A DNA stretch of 64,000 nucleotides, taken from assembly GCF_018977255.1 (NCBI RefSeq), contig NW_024704742.1, forward strand, positions 54,934,001 through 54,998,000. The letters run 5' to 3'. The position numbers and the translations under genes are program-made. Position 1 is the first letter of the stretch. Every line of letters starts with the position of its first letter. This stretch comes from Callorhinchus milii (taxonomy: Eukaryota). The notes under the pieces were generated by a model that saw only the letters and a program-made list of their open reading frames with translations, was not told where the DNA came from and searched no databases. Positions 52,122 through 64,000 of the stretch are shown here, one piece after another.

Positions 52122-52279
52122 CCCATAGTCTCTATTTGCCTGCGAAACTTGCCAAAAGCTATTGGGAATTCCCATGCGGTTGTACTCAGCTTTAAGATCT
52201 ACCATTTTCCAGCCTTGCTCTCTCTCATTCTTGTGCTGCTTTGTACTAAATGAGAAGCAGTACAGTTCTTCAAATTTTA
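52122..52279 (-). CDS. MTMR7: MTMR7 exon 4
   Basis: cag|(V)KFEELYCFSFSTKQHKNEREQGWKMVDLKAEYNRMGIPNSFWQVSQANRDYG|gtaagt. Confidence 0.96.
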
Positions 52280-52639
52280 CTGAAAATAACCAAATGTCGA
52301 AAGCTTTAGGGCACATGGTACAGTTTGATTTTCAAAGACACCTTCAATTGTTTATCTAGGGTAATGTAATGTAAAATGTAATTTGTTGTTTGTTGTAGGG
52401 TACTCCAATCAACCTTTGATTCTTATAGAGACAACAGGAGTGATAACAGGGTATCTCTGTGCATTGCACATTTAACCCCTCCCTTTCCCAAACTCCCTCC
52501 CAAATTATGAAAATGTTAAAAGCATCAACAAACAGATTTATATTAATATAATTTGCATTTGATATAGCGCTTTGTACGTCTTCAAATAAAACAAAACTTA
52601 TTCAATGCACATGTTCAACATAACTAGTCAGGCCTGATA

Positions 52640-52935
52640 CAGGCTGACCCTGTTATAACACAGTGATTTAGATCCAGCAAATCTGACCTCACATTCTAAC
52701 GGGGCACAATATAAAAATGGTCACCAGCCATCAGGTCCTCCTTATGTCACTTCCTACATGCATTTCCAGTGGTTCCAGGGTTAGTGCTAGGCACTGAGAG
52801 GCCTCTGTACTATGCACACAAAGCCAGTCAGTCAGTGACAAATCCCTGAACTGCATCAATTTTTTATAGCACAAGTCCACCCACATTCTAAATGATCCAC
52901 GCTCTAACAAAATGCATGTTAATAGGGTCAGTCTG
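52640..52935. mobile_element. TA-flanked MITE (Tc1/pogo-Tigger type), 296 bp
   Basis: TA|CAGGCTGACCCTGTTATAAC ... GTTAATAGGGTCAGTCTG|TA. Confidence 0.75.
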
Positions 52936-53724
52936 TATATTTAAAAAGCATGGTCACATAGCAATAATTTCCAGCAGGAGTGCATCCTATGTCCATCCAG
53001 CCTCGGTTATTATCTTTAATATTATTTTTTTTAATAGGAAAGTATACAAAATATGGCAAGACAAATAATATTTGTGTAAAATAGTCTGGATCCTTTAATC
53101 AAATCATCCGGAGTTCTCCACATACTTTGGGTATTCACCAGGTTTGTTAGTAAGCAAATGTTGTAGCATCCCATTCCCTGGTCCCTGATACATTATCTAA
53201 TGTCACACTCAGAAATTTGACCTGTTTGCTTCTGGTTATTCTTTAAACTCCTGAGTTCTGTTTTGCTGAACAGGACCTTTAAAACTTGCTTGGATCCAAA
53301 TTTCAGGAACAGGTTTCTTGTCCATAATGTTCACCGCAGCATCAGCACAAATAACAAACCAACTTCAGGAAATGATTGGAACATTCTATAATTATAGCTT
53401 CAAAACAATTTAATGTGTGGTGAGCTTGTATTTCTTGTTTTATAATATTTCTTAAACTTGAGCTACTGTACAAGTTATTGTACAATGTCAAGCAGGGTGC
53501 AGGGGGAGAAGGTCTGTCTGGGTCTAGATTTATTCTAGGAATGAGGCATTTTCAAATGTACAGAATTTGGCAAATTGTTGAATTCAGTCTTAAATTTGAG
53601 TTGTTTTTTACTGTAATTTTTAAAAGAGCTTACGTAAAACTGGCCTCAAAATGAAGGCCGCATTTAGGAATTTCCCAAATTCTGAATGCTCCAAAAAGCT
53701 ACATAAATAGACTAAATCTATTAA

Positions 53725-54104
53725 GGAGTCCTGTAGCTCAGTGTTTAGAGTACTCGCAAGCGAGAGACCTGCGTTTGATTCCCAGCAGGGCGAAACCTTG
53801 GGTAAGTTTCCTTGCTTCACACGCCTGATAATAATCCCTCAAGAAAACAAAACAATAATAAAATTGGTCACTTCAATCCACGACTGTTTGTGAGACACTG
53901 TTGTGTGCAATTGGCTGCTGTGTTTTGCCCTCAAATATACAGTCAATTCACTTTACAGTGTGTTCTGTGAAGCGCTTTGGGACGTCCTCCTGACGTGAAA
54001 AGCGCTATATCAAATGCAAGGATTATTATTATTATTATTATTATTCTGTGAAGCGCTTTGAGACACTTCGCTTTATACCAAATGCAAGGATTGTTATTAT
54101 TATT
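53725..54104 (+). mobile_element. Full-length tRNA-derived SINE with duplicated tail
   Basis: ggagtcctgtagctcagtg head; tail gggacgtcctcctgacgtgaaaagcgctatatcaaatgcaagg(att)n, then a second partial tail. Confidence 0.9.
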
Positions 54105-54261
54105 AAATCTAGACCCAGGTGAAATTTCTTCCCAGTACTCCTTTGTTAATCAAACTTTATTCTAGATCACCCAATGAGAGTTTATTTTCAATCCTTCACA
54201 CAAATCCTGGTTAAAAATAAAGATTATTTCCAAAACAAGACGAAGAAGCATAGAATGATAC

Positions 54262-54424
54262 CTGGACGAGACAAGCGGATTAGCGAAAGGTAAATATCAT
54301 GGCAATCTCTTTCCTGCGGAATGATAAACTGGATGACCTGGAAGTTCTTGCAGCGAATAAGTAGTGGGCAGCCTGTTGCAGCTGTTGCTTGCTTTTCCAC
54401 AGCGCAGATTTGACTATGAAGTAC
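54262..54424 (-). CDS. MTMR7: MTMR7 exon 3
   Basis: tag|VLHSQICAVEKQATAATGCPLLIRCKNFQVIQFIIPQERDCHDIYLSLIRLSRP|gtatca. Confidence 0.96.
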
Positions 54425-55452
54425 CTAGTGCATAAAGAAAACAAGCAATGTATGTCTGCAAACCGCTTGTATTTATTTCTGTTAATACAGAAACCAATGG
54501 CTGGAACAGGCCTCAGATATTTCGAAGCTATAGTATAAGGTGCCTGAACAATATGTACAACCTAAAAGTCAACCTCCCACAGGATGTAGAGAAAAAAATC
54601 CTGAAGCTGCTGTTTCTATTAAAGCTTCAGATCTTACCTCTTGAGATAAGCCTGCCTTGTAATACATCAGGGTCTACCATCTGGTTGAAATGTATAAACT
54701 CGGAATGCAGTTATTGGGAATTACCCAGAATTACCCAACACTGTTCTTAGTGCCAAGGAGCCGCTAGTCGATGTGTTGTGGATTTCTAAATTTAAATCAT
54801 ACGTTGGGACTCCTTTCTGTCACAAGACAGCAAAAGAAAGGATAACAAACAGGTAACAGATGTGCCAACATACCACTGGTCAGAAGTCATGATTGAGGCC
54901 AGAGACAAAATATGAGTAAATCCGTCAATCACACACGTGAAGGGAAGGTTGAGTCCAACAACCTTTCTGCCATATTATGCATATACTGCTCTTTCAGATA
55001 AAGCTGGTTCTGACAAACAGCGAGTTTCATTATTATATTGTTGTCTATTGGATTTTTCAGCACAGTTGCTGGTCGCTCGCCCAGCTTGCTGCACACAGGC
55101 ACAGCGGGCAGGAAGTGATGTTAGTGGCAGACGTTTTTCAGTAACTAGTGTCACACACGCTCAGCTCACAGAAAGTGGTGTTGTGGTGGCCATTTTCACT
55201 TTGTGCCAATTATAACGGTTGCTTGGGTTTAGGAACCTAAAATTGCATGATATAACAGGTTTCTCCTGTAGAGCAAGTAAAGTAATTATCAATTCCCTTT
55301 TTTCTATTAATTTTTTTGGATCCAGAAAATTATTTATCTTGGTAAAAGCAGAATGTACACTCTGACAGAGCTTCGTGGCTACCAATCAACATTCTGTTGG
55401 TGTCTAAAACAATACAGAGGCAGAAAAGAGCTGAAAGCTAAAGTCAACCTAC

Positions 55453-55575
55453 CCAAGTTTCCTTACGAGATTCAGACAAATGTTCCACAAAGATGATGTG
55501 TGTGGCTGTGAGATATAAAGAACCAACCGGTGCCTTCTTGGAAGAGATTCGATCCAACAAACGGACGTTTTCAAC
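55453..55575 (-). CDS. MTMR7: MTMR7 exon 2 (PH-GRAM region)
   Basis: tag|VENVRLLDRISSKKAPVGSLYLTATHIIFVEHLSESRKETW|gtaggt. Confidence 0.96.
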
Positions 55576-58187
55576 CTACAGATATCAGTGTATGAAGTCT
55601 TTATCAAAATCTATCTACAGAATTCTGAAATCACCATCTGAATAACATTTAGTCAACAAAGTATGTTTCAGCAATCCTGTGGAAAACTCAATACAGCAGT
55701 AATACAGTGCTGAAGATAATTACTGGGAATCTGTTAAAGGAGAACTTTATTCTAAGATTACTTGGTAAAATGCTGAGTTGGCTTAGAACTAGCACAAGAC
55801 AAGATGACTTCATAAGTAATTTAATAATTTGTAAGTGAACAGTTTTACAATAGAAGACAGGTACCATTGTCACCAGTGGGAGGAAATGTTTACGTTATAT
55901 CCTTGTCAAAGTAATTTGCTAAAGAAAAAAGGTCACATTTCCACTTTTTAAAATTTAAAGCCAGCATCACGCTTTCCCCAATCAAATGCTGCAGAAACTA
56001 AATGTTGGTACAGAGTAAAGCTCCCTCAATTCTGCCTCAACAACAACAGTGATAAAATAGGGTTTTGCAATGGGATTCACTGCTGGAGACTCAAAAGTTG
56101 CTCCTGGGAGATCGACAATGTTTCGCAACTGACTCGGGGAATTCCGCAATTAGTACTAATGCTTTGAAGCGGGAATCCTACAAGATGACTCTGATGTTCA
56201 GTGCTTACTGTCAGGATTCCCTGTCAGTGGCTCTGAATCACTATCATTGAGTCCCTCTGGAAAATGCCACTTTTTTAATTCCAATATGTCAATCCCAATA
56301 TCATGAAAGGATCTCCCACTTCACCTATGTAACGATTATATTTCCCAACTCACCATTGTTATCATACCCATGACTGAGGTAGAAAACTTTGATATAGCAC
56401 CTTAGCATATCATCAAAACATTGCAAAGTCCTTCACAGGATTTACTTGAAATATAGCGACTATGCATTTGTAGGCAAACATAACAACCAATTTGAACATT
56501 GCAAAGTCCTATTAATAACCAGGAGGTGTACAACAATTTATAATCTGGAGGATTGTTGGCCAATAGAAACTTTTCGAAAGCACTGTGGGATTTCTGAACA
56601 GGCAGATGCTACCTTGGTTCAACATTGGAGCCAACACTGATGCCCATGAGCACAAATTTGCTTCCTATGGCCCAACGTCAATGGGCGGGCATTTAGCCAT
56701 CTACCACTGCTCTCTGGAATTCCATCCTGGAGTCCCTCTGACTCATTCCCTCCCTCCTCTCTTTCAAGGCACGTACCTCAAAACGTAGCTGCTTGACTCT
56801 GCTTTTGGTCATCTTTCCCCTCGTCACCCCTCTCAATTCCCACCCCCAGCTCAGGTGCCCATCCAGCACTGTGAAAGACTTTGAAACGCCCTCCCAATAA
56901 ATATAATTATTTAATTGTATTGTATCCAGTCACCAACCAAATTAAATGTGCATTGCCTTATAGGCCATAATTAAGATTTTGTTGCAGTCTCTAATCTCAC
57001 CACTAACACTGTACAAAAAATTAAAATGATTCAAAAAACAGGAATATAATTGCAAATTCCAAACATTTTTTCTTGTAGAATAATAAAGGGAATGTTTACG
57101 TTTCTGTGTCTTAGATTCAAGCACTCTGGGATGCTATTCTACGTGAGGGGCCTATATAAATGCAAGTTGTTGTTGATAGAAATGCTATAACAAGTCAATT
57201 TTAACTCTACATGGATGGCACAGTAATAATAATATTAATCTTTGTATTTTGTATACCGCCTTATCACGTCATTGAGCTGGCTCAAAGCACTTCACAGGAT
57301 ATACTGCAAAGTGTAGTAACTATATCTATGTTGTCTTTTTGTTAAGTTTCTGTGTCTTAATAAATACTAAAACAAGTCTATTTTCTTTAACCCTGTGCAT
57401 TGATGGCACAGTATAATGTTTATGTCAGTCTAGGCTGAATACAGGGATGGGGAGTGCTGAATTGTCAGTGATGCTGTTCTTCGGATGAGACATTAAACCG
57501 AGGTCCTATCTGCCTATTCAGGTGGATGTTAATGATCAAATGATACTATTCGAAAAGAGAAGCCAACAAATATCAAATGCAAGGAAGGATTATTGATTAT
57601 ATCAAATGCAAGGAAGGATTATTATTAAATTTAAAAAATGGTCATTTACTTCATGGCTGTTTGTGGGGTATTGATGTGTACACATTGGGTGCCACTTCCA
57701 CCTACATTACGTTATCCTTGCAATCATAACATTATACCATCCTTACAAAGGGTTAAACAAAAATGAGGTTGTTATTGTAGGCTTTGCCATGTCAACCTTA
57801 CAGAAACAAATACTGTGCAGGGCGAAAAAATTCCATTATTATTCCACAAGAGAACATGTTTGCATTTTGGAACTGTATCCCTGCAACAATTTGTAAGTCT
57901 TACCTTTTCATTTATATTTTTAAAAAAGATGGCCAACCAAACCTTTACAGCGATAAAAAACACACACACACACACACACATCATCCGCAATATTTTGCAT
58001 AACAATATGAAACCCTAATGTTGAAAAAAAAAGGGAAAAGGAGCTTTCAAAAGCGTAAGTGCTGATGATCCGACACTGAGAGAGAGGGGTACAGTAACTG
58101 CTCGCTGGGGATGACAAGGTCAGGGAGAGAGAGAGAGAGAGAGAGAGAGGGGAGAAGTCAGTCACATCTGCAACATCTGTCTCTCAC

Positions 58188-58211
58188 CTTCGGGGTTCTG
58201 ATGTGCTCCAT
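58188..58211 (-). CDS. MTMR7: MTMR7 exon 1 coding part (24 nt)
   Basis: gccgggATGG context; MEHIRTPK|gtgaga; spliced CDS 1977 nt = 658 aa. Confidence 0.93.
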
Positions 58212-58808
58212 CCCGGCTCTGCAGAAACGGGAATAACAGGAATAACAGCCACCGCTGTGTCCTCTCTTGGGAGCTGCACCGAACTGACTGCAGTCAACCG
58301 GGACAGATGCGGCGGTGCTCGTTATCTCTGCAAACAAAGACCTGCACAGATCCTGTGACTGGATGTGATGGAGACTCTGGGTACCACTCCAGCCTCGGGC
58401 TCTGCTCCTGTCTGTCTGTGTCTGTCTGTCTGTCACTTGGTCACCCAGCACACTCTGCACTTTGCGCACAGCTTTCCTCCCTATCCTAACGCCCTCGCAT
58501 CAAAGCCCCCCTCTCCCCCCCCCCCCCCACCCAAAAAAAAAAAATATTGTGCATGTCCAAATTCCCACCCTGTAAAATCACGTGAAATACGAGCAAAGAA
58601 ACAGATGAGCGTTGCTTTTGCTGTGGTGGGTTTGGATCGGTTTTCGTGGCTTCGTTTGCAAATGGTTTGTCTATTCGAGCTGTGTCTTGTCACAGTGCAA
58701 AGTGTTTTGCAGACTAGATTTTACCTGCACGCATTTCCTTCCGGTGTACAAGTCAAGAGGTTTTGGACATTGCTCTCATTGCAACAACAACTTCCACTTA
58801 TATTATGT

Positions 58809-59132
58809 GGAGTCCTGTAGCTCAGTCGTTATAGCACTCGCCTCGCAAACGAGAGGACCTGGGTTCGATTCCTGGTAGGGTGAAAAATGAGGCGAGTTTC
58901 TTTACTCCACCCGCCTCAGTTTACCTAGCAGTAAGTAGGAATCTGGTTGTTAGTCGATTGGTGAATCGCTTTTCCCGGGGTAATAATCCCTTCCAAGAAA
59001 ATAATAATTTGGTCACTCAATCCACGACTGTTTGAGGGACACTGCTGGGCAGAACTAGCTGCCATGTTTCGCCCACACAATATACAGTCAATACACTTTA
59101 CAGTATATTCTTTGATGCAAGAATTATTATTA
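58809..59132 (+). mobile_element. Full-length tRNA-Ala-derived SINE
   Basis: A box tagctcagtcg, B box ggttcgattcc, loop ctcgcaa; Deu-like body. Confidence 0.88.
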
Positions 59133-59367
59133 ATATTGGCTTGCAGAGATGTAAGCAGCTGCTTCTTAAGCTCTGCAGCTCCAAATAATGGAGCAATCGC
59201 TTTAGGGGAAGGGGTGTATGTCTAAGCTGCAGACAGGAAGATGGTGACAATGCTCTTATGCATTTCCTGCTGAGCTGTGTTGCCCATCAGGAAGCTCACA
59301 GAGAGCTATCCTTCTTGGTGGGGAAGTAAATGGGGTCTCCTTGGAGCTAAACTAGCCCCAAAGTGAC

Positions 59368-59886
59368 ATGTTTGACAACGGAATATCAGAATCAAGCAGC
59401 TCTCTGTGGGGGTCTCGGTAATCCAGTCAGGTCCACCATATTCCAGGGCACTGCTGATGACAACACAGCAGCCTGGGTCATCGGCAGGACTTGGAAGGGC
59501 AGACCAGTCAGTGGAGGAAGGGACTCGTCCCACTCAGCTCCTGTTAATCCTGCAAGCCAAAACCCCAACGGGTACGGTGGTCCTAGCTGGACAAGCATCG
59601 GGAAAACTTGCCACAATGCTCTCAATGGCAAGCTATATAGTTTTAGCTGGTTAGACTCCAGCAGTACCCCAATGAATATTCTGGGGTCCCCAGGCTTTGG
59701 CTCTTGCCAACTTGCGCCTATTACGTTCCCGAATTAGGTCAGTAGGAGGAGTCCCTCCAGGAGGAGAGTGTGCATACCATTCCAACGAATATCTCTGGAA
59801 TTTCTATACAGATGGGATACATGGAAATCTCAGTTTGGTTTGGATACTCTTAAGCATGACGATGGGTTTCCGCATGTGTCAGACAT
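59368..59886. repeat. Long imperfect fold-back element; partial copy at about 38330-38427
   Basis: Nested inverted matches around the central hairpin cttgcca-N12-tggcaag. Confidence 0.65.
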
Positions 59887-60349
59887 CCAGCTGACCAGTA
59901 TGTTCCAGCCTAACTCAATTGGTAGCACTCTCAGCTCGGAGTCAAAGTTGTGGATTTAAGCTCCATTTTGTTACACTCCATTTCATTATCTACACTAACA
60001 CTCTGCTGTGGGTTGCACTCCTATTGGAGGTGCTAACTGCTATATATGTGGAAATATACCTTCATATCCAAACACATATAATTCTCATATGACATCTGAT
60101 CCTCTGCTGGTCAGTAAATTTACCAAATGCAGCAGTGTAACCTTATAATAGGAAAAATAACATGATAATGACTCATACTCCCAGGATGGTCCCAGATTAT
60201 ATCCTTAGTTTACATTTAGTGAACATCAATGACACCACTCATAAGAGAATTGTAATTGCCTTGGTGTCACTGGGATAGGAAGGTGAATAATCAGCCAGAG
60301 TTCATGCTCCTCATCACTATGAAATGGTTATCTCACTGTTTATGGTCAC

Positions 60350-61067
60350 ACAACAACAAAATTACATTTGTATAGCGCCTTTCACGTCAGGAGGACGGCC
60401 CAAGATGCTGGACAATCAGGGTTTCGTACCTTAGCCTAGGGTTGGGATTGGGGAGGGTGGAGGGCAGGGGTTGAAGGAGGATGACCAAAGGTACAGTTGA
60501 AGAGGAGGGTCTTGAAATGGGTCTTGAAGGAGGCAAGGGAGGGGGACTGTGGGATGGAGTTCCAGAGGGTGGGGGCAGAGTGGCTGAAGGCCTTCCCACC
60601 AATGGTGGGGCGGGCGAGGCGGGGGATGTGAAGCAGGCCGGAGCCAGCTGAGTGGAGGGAGTGAACAGGTTAATAGGGGCTTAGGAGGTTGCAGAGGCAG
60701 GGGTGAGCAAGACCATAGAGGGCTTTGAAGGTGAGGATCAGGATCTCAAATTGTATCCTCTGTGTGATGGGAAGCCAGTGGAGTTGGGCAAGGATGGGGG
60801 TGATAGGGTCGTGGAGCCTAGTGAGGGAGGGGACACAGGCTGCAGAGTTCTGGATGATCTGTAACCTATGGAGCGAGGAGCTGGGGAGGCCGACAAGCAG
60901 AGAGTTTACGTAAATGAACCTGAATGCTATGAATGCGTGTGTAAGGGTCTCGGCAGCCTGCGGTGTGAGACAGTGGCAGATCATGCTGCGGAGGTGAGGG
61001 AAGGCAGAGTGGGTTATGGTACGGTAAAAATGCTGAATTCAGTGAACTACCAGAGGTTGACAGCACA
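60350..61067 (-). mobile_element. Degenerate L2 3' portion
   Basis: AAETLTHAF, IIQNSAA, ITPILAQLHWLPI. Confidence 0.88.
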
Positions 61068-61080
61068 TGTATATTATATA

Positions 61081-61740
61081 TCGCCTCCACTGGCTCCCCA
61101 TCCCCCAGAGGATTGATTTCAAGATCCTCATCCTCACCTACAAGGCCATTCACGGCCTTGCTCCCTCCTACCTCTCCGACCTACTATCCCCCTACCTACC
61201 TGCCCGTACCCTCCGTTCCTCTGGCTCCGGTCTGCTCCACGTCCCCCGCCCCAACCGCCCTACCATCGGTGGTCGGGCCTTCAGCCTCTCAGCCCCCAGG
61301 CTCTGGAACTCCATCCCCCAGTGCCTTCGCCGCCTCCTCCCTTTCCTCCTTCAAGGCCGGTCTCAAAACCTTTCTCTTTGACCGTGCCTTCAGCTCCCCT
61401 CTCGACTCTCTTCCCCCTCCTCGCTCCCTCCCTTCCCTCCCCTTACCCTGACCATTTCCCCCCTCCTCGCTCCCTCCCTTCCCTCCCCTTACCCTGACCA
61501 TTTCCCCCTCCTCGCTCCCTCCCTTCCCTCCCCTTACCCTGACCATTTCCCCCCTCCTCGCTCCCTCCCTTCCCTCCCCTTACCCTGACCATTTCCCCCC
61601 TCCTCGCTCCCTCCCTTCCCTCCCCTCACCCTGACCATTTCCCCCCTGCTCGGGTCATGACCCAACTGTGCAGCGCCTTGGGACGTCCTCCTGACGTGAA
61701 AGGCGCTTTATAAATGGAATCTTGTTGTTGTTGTTGTTGT
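61081..61740 (+). mobile_element. Young 5'-truncated L2 with TSD tgtatattata and an expanded VNTR of about 46 bp in its 3'UTR
   Basis: Near-identical to 2241-2759; TSD at 61068-61078 and 61741-61751. Confidence 0.93.
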
Positions 61741-62334
61741 TGTATATTATACCCAGCAGGAGTTACAGCATTTAGGAAAAGTAAACCAGGGCATAACTAG
61801 AAGTGTCATGGAAAAAAAATTGTTGGAAATCCGTGAGACTAAAATCACTGCGGATTTGAACTGACAATTACAAAATAAAGTCAGCTGGTTTTAAATGTGT
61901 CTATTGTGGACATTTCCCCTGTGTGAACCTCTTGAACCATACACCAAGCATTGCAGATGAAGATCAAATAGAGGTAAGCAGCTTACAGCTCTCAGTGATC
62001 TTCTAGAGGAAGGTACAAATGCCAGCAATTCAGCCAAGGAGAAAAAATACAATCAGGTCTCACGTTTGTACTGGTTACTGAATACAGATTTAGAAACAAT
62101 GTCAGGAAAAACTGAGCAAACACCTAGTAGTGAGAATAAGAATCCTAAATTGAGCCTGAACAAGTCCACTTCATCCCTGACTTTAGCATTGGAATTCCAT
62201 GCCTTTACTTCTTCGCCTCACCCCCACTTTATTTATATTTAAATCCCACATGAAAACTTAACGCTTCAACCACACCTATGGTTATACCCCCTTTACCTTG
62301 CTGGATTCCTGTAGAGTAGTGGTTGGAGCCCGTA

Positions 62335-63037
62335 GAGTAGTGGTTAGCACGCCTGCCTCGCAATGAGAGGACCTGGGTTTGATTCCTCAGCGGACAAAAC
62401 CATAGGCAAATTTTTTACACCACACAACTCTGTTTACCTAGCAGTAAGTAGGAACCTGGTTATTAGTCAATTGGCAGAATGTTTTCCGGGGGTAATAATC
62501 CCTCCCCCTTCAAAAAATGTGGTTACAACAACAACAACAACAAGATTACATTTGTATAGCGCTTTTCACGTCGGGAGGACGTCCCAAGGCGATGGACAGA
62601 GTACAACATTTCAGACCCAACCTGGAGTCAGGGAGGGAGAAGGGAGGGGAGGGGAAGGGGGGTCGCCGATGGCATGGTTGAAGAGGAGGGTCTTGAGGCG
62701 CAACTTGAAGGAGGCTAAGGAGGGGGTGAGGCAGAGTGATTGGGGAATGGAATTTCAGATGTTGGGTCAGAGTGGCTGGAAGGCTCTCCTGCCAATGGTG
62801 GGGTGGGTGGGTCGGGGGACGTGGAGCAGGCCGGAGCCAGCTGAGCGGAAAGAGTTGATAGGGGGTTAGGAGGTCACAGAGGTAGGGTTACTCAATCCAC
62901 AACTGTTCGTGGGACATATTTGTGCACAATTGGCATTTCACCCACAAAATACACAGTCAATTCACTTTACAATATATTCTGAAGTACTTTGAGACGTTTC
63001 AATGACATGATAAGGCAAATGCAAGAATTATTATTAT
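62335..63037 (+). mobile_element. tRNA SINE interrupted by a minus-strand L2 fragment (62527-62885) with TSD ggttac
   Basis: SINE consensus tggtcactcaatccac is split; ggttac at 62521-62526 and 62886-62891. Confidence 0.85.
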
Positions 63038-63464
63038 CCTTGCTTGATGTCCAAACCTGCCATTGTATAACTCTCTGAGATGTTATTGTACATGAAGGCC
63101 ACAAAATAAATGCAAGTTTTGCTGCTGTCCAATCAATCATAACTTTACTATGAGACTCAACAGTATATAAACAGTGACAAATGGACACTGGAAACTAATG
63201 ATCCAAATTCAATCTAACGTGCTCCAAAAGCAGATCCCTTTAAAGAAGTTAAGTCGCGTGAAGATAAAAAAAATTAATGAGTTTTGTGCTCATCTGCAGC
63301 TGCAATGAGACAATCAGAAGCTGAAAATCTGTCACTTTAATTAGAAAATCTTATGCACCTAAACAACAAAATCTCAAAACCTATGTAACATTGAAAAAGT
63401 GTATACAAGTGTGCCAAAAGGTTTATTACATATCCTCCCACAAATATTGTGCGAGCAAAGCATG

Positions 63465-63836
63465 TAATAATAATAATGTTTAATAATAATCCTTACATTT
63501 GATATAGCGCCTTATCACGTCTTTGAGATGTTTCAAAGCGCTTCACAGAATACATTGTGAGTGAATTGATTGTATTTAGTGGGCGAAACGGGACAGCTAA
63601 TTGCGCACAGCAGGTCCCACAAACATTCATGGATTGAGTGACCAAATTATTATTATTTTCTTCTCAAGGGATTATTACTCACGGAAAAGCGATCTAGCAA
63701 TCGACTAACAACCAGGGTTGCTAACTCTGAGGTAAACAGAGGTGTATGGAATAAGACAATTTGCATAAGGTTTCTTCTTGCCCGGGAATTAAACCCGGGT
63801 CCTCACAGCGAGTGCTCAAACCAATACAGGGCTCCA
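63465..63836 (-). mobile_element. tRNA-derived SINE
   Basis: Reverse of the same head/body/tail as 58809-59132. Confidence 0.85.
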
Positions 63837-64000
63837 CAAATATGTCCATAAACCCTTCTCATACGTAAAGGTAGAATCCTTCCCACATGTAAGTGCAGAG
63901 CTGATACTTCTCATTTACAAATGTGAGATGATGCAAACCATCCAAGAGATGGTTCTTGGAGCAGTGTAACTTACTACAAGGCCCCGCCTGCCTCTATGCC

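Noticed and set aside
58158..58469. In-frame N-terminal extension of MTMR7
   Set aside because: Starts at a non-ATG codon; the conserved N-terminus MEHIRTPK has a good Kozak context
58809..58882. tRNA-Ala-like sequences (also near 27130, 39490, 53725, 62335)
   Set aside because: Each continues into the same SINE body and has a degenerate acceptor stem; these are SINE heads, not tRNA genes
61405..61650. CRISPR-like spaced repeats
   Set aside because: Contiguous tandem units without unique spacers, inside a eukaryotic LINE

Overview
Vertebrate genomic DNA. The L2/CR1 LINE and Deu-domain tRNA-SINE content suggests a cartilaginous fish such as a chimaera; the species call is inference. The window holds the conserved CNOT7-VPS37A-MTMR7 block. 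(1) The 5' half of CNOT7 lies on the minus strand, with 3 coding exons visible and the gene running off the left edge. (2) A complete 11-coding-exon VPS37A (388 aa as I splice it) lies on the plus strand, head-to-head with CNOT7 across a CpG-island promoter. (3) A complete 14-exon MTMR7 (658 aa as I splice it, catalytic CSDGWDR intact) lies on the minus strand, tail-to-tail with VPS37A. Introns are packed with L2 LINEs (some young, with target-site duplications, TSDs), tRNA-Ala-headed SINEs sharing the L2 3' tail, CR1 fragments, TA-flanked MITEs, a 2-kb hAT (Charlie/Buster-like) transposon split by a 62-bp L2 tail, and a 2.8-kb compound GT-rich satellite. The least explained signals are two long fold-back elements at 11.3-11.7 kb and 59.4-59.9 kb. 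In the first, all 8 arm-to-arm transitions I counted in the well-aligned blocks give G-U pairs on the + strand. Most long ORFs in the supplied track are repeat artefacts.
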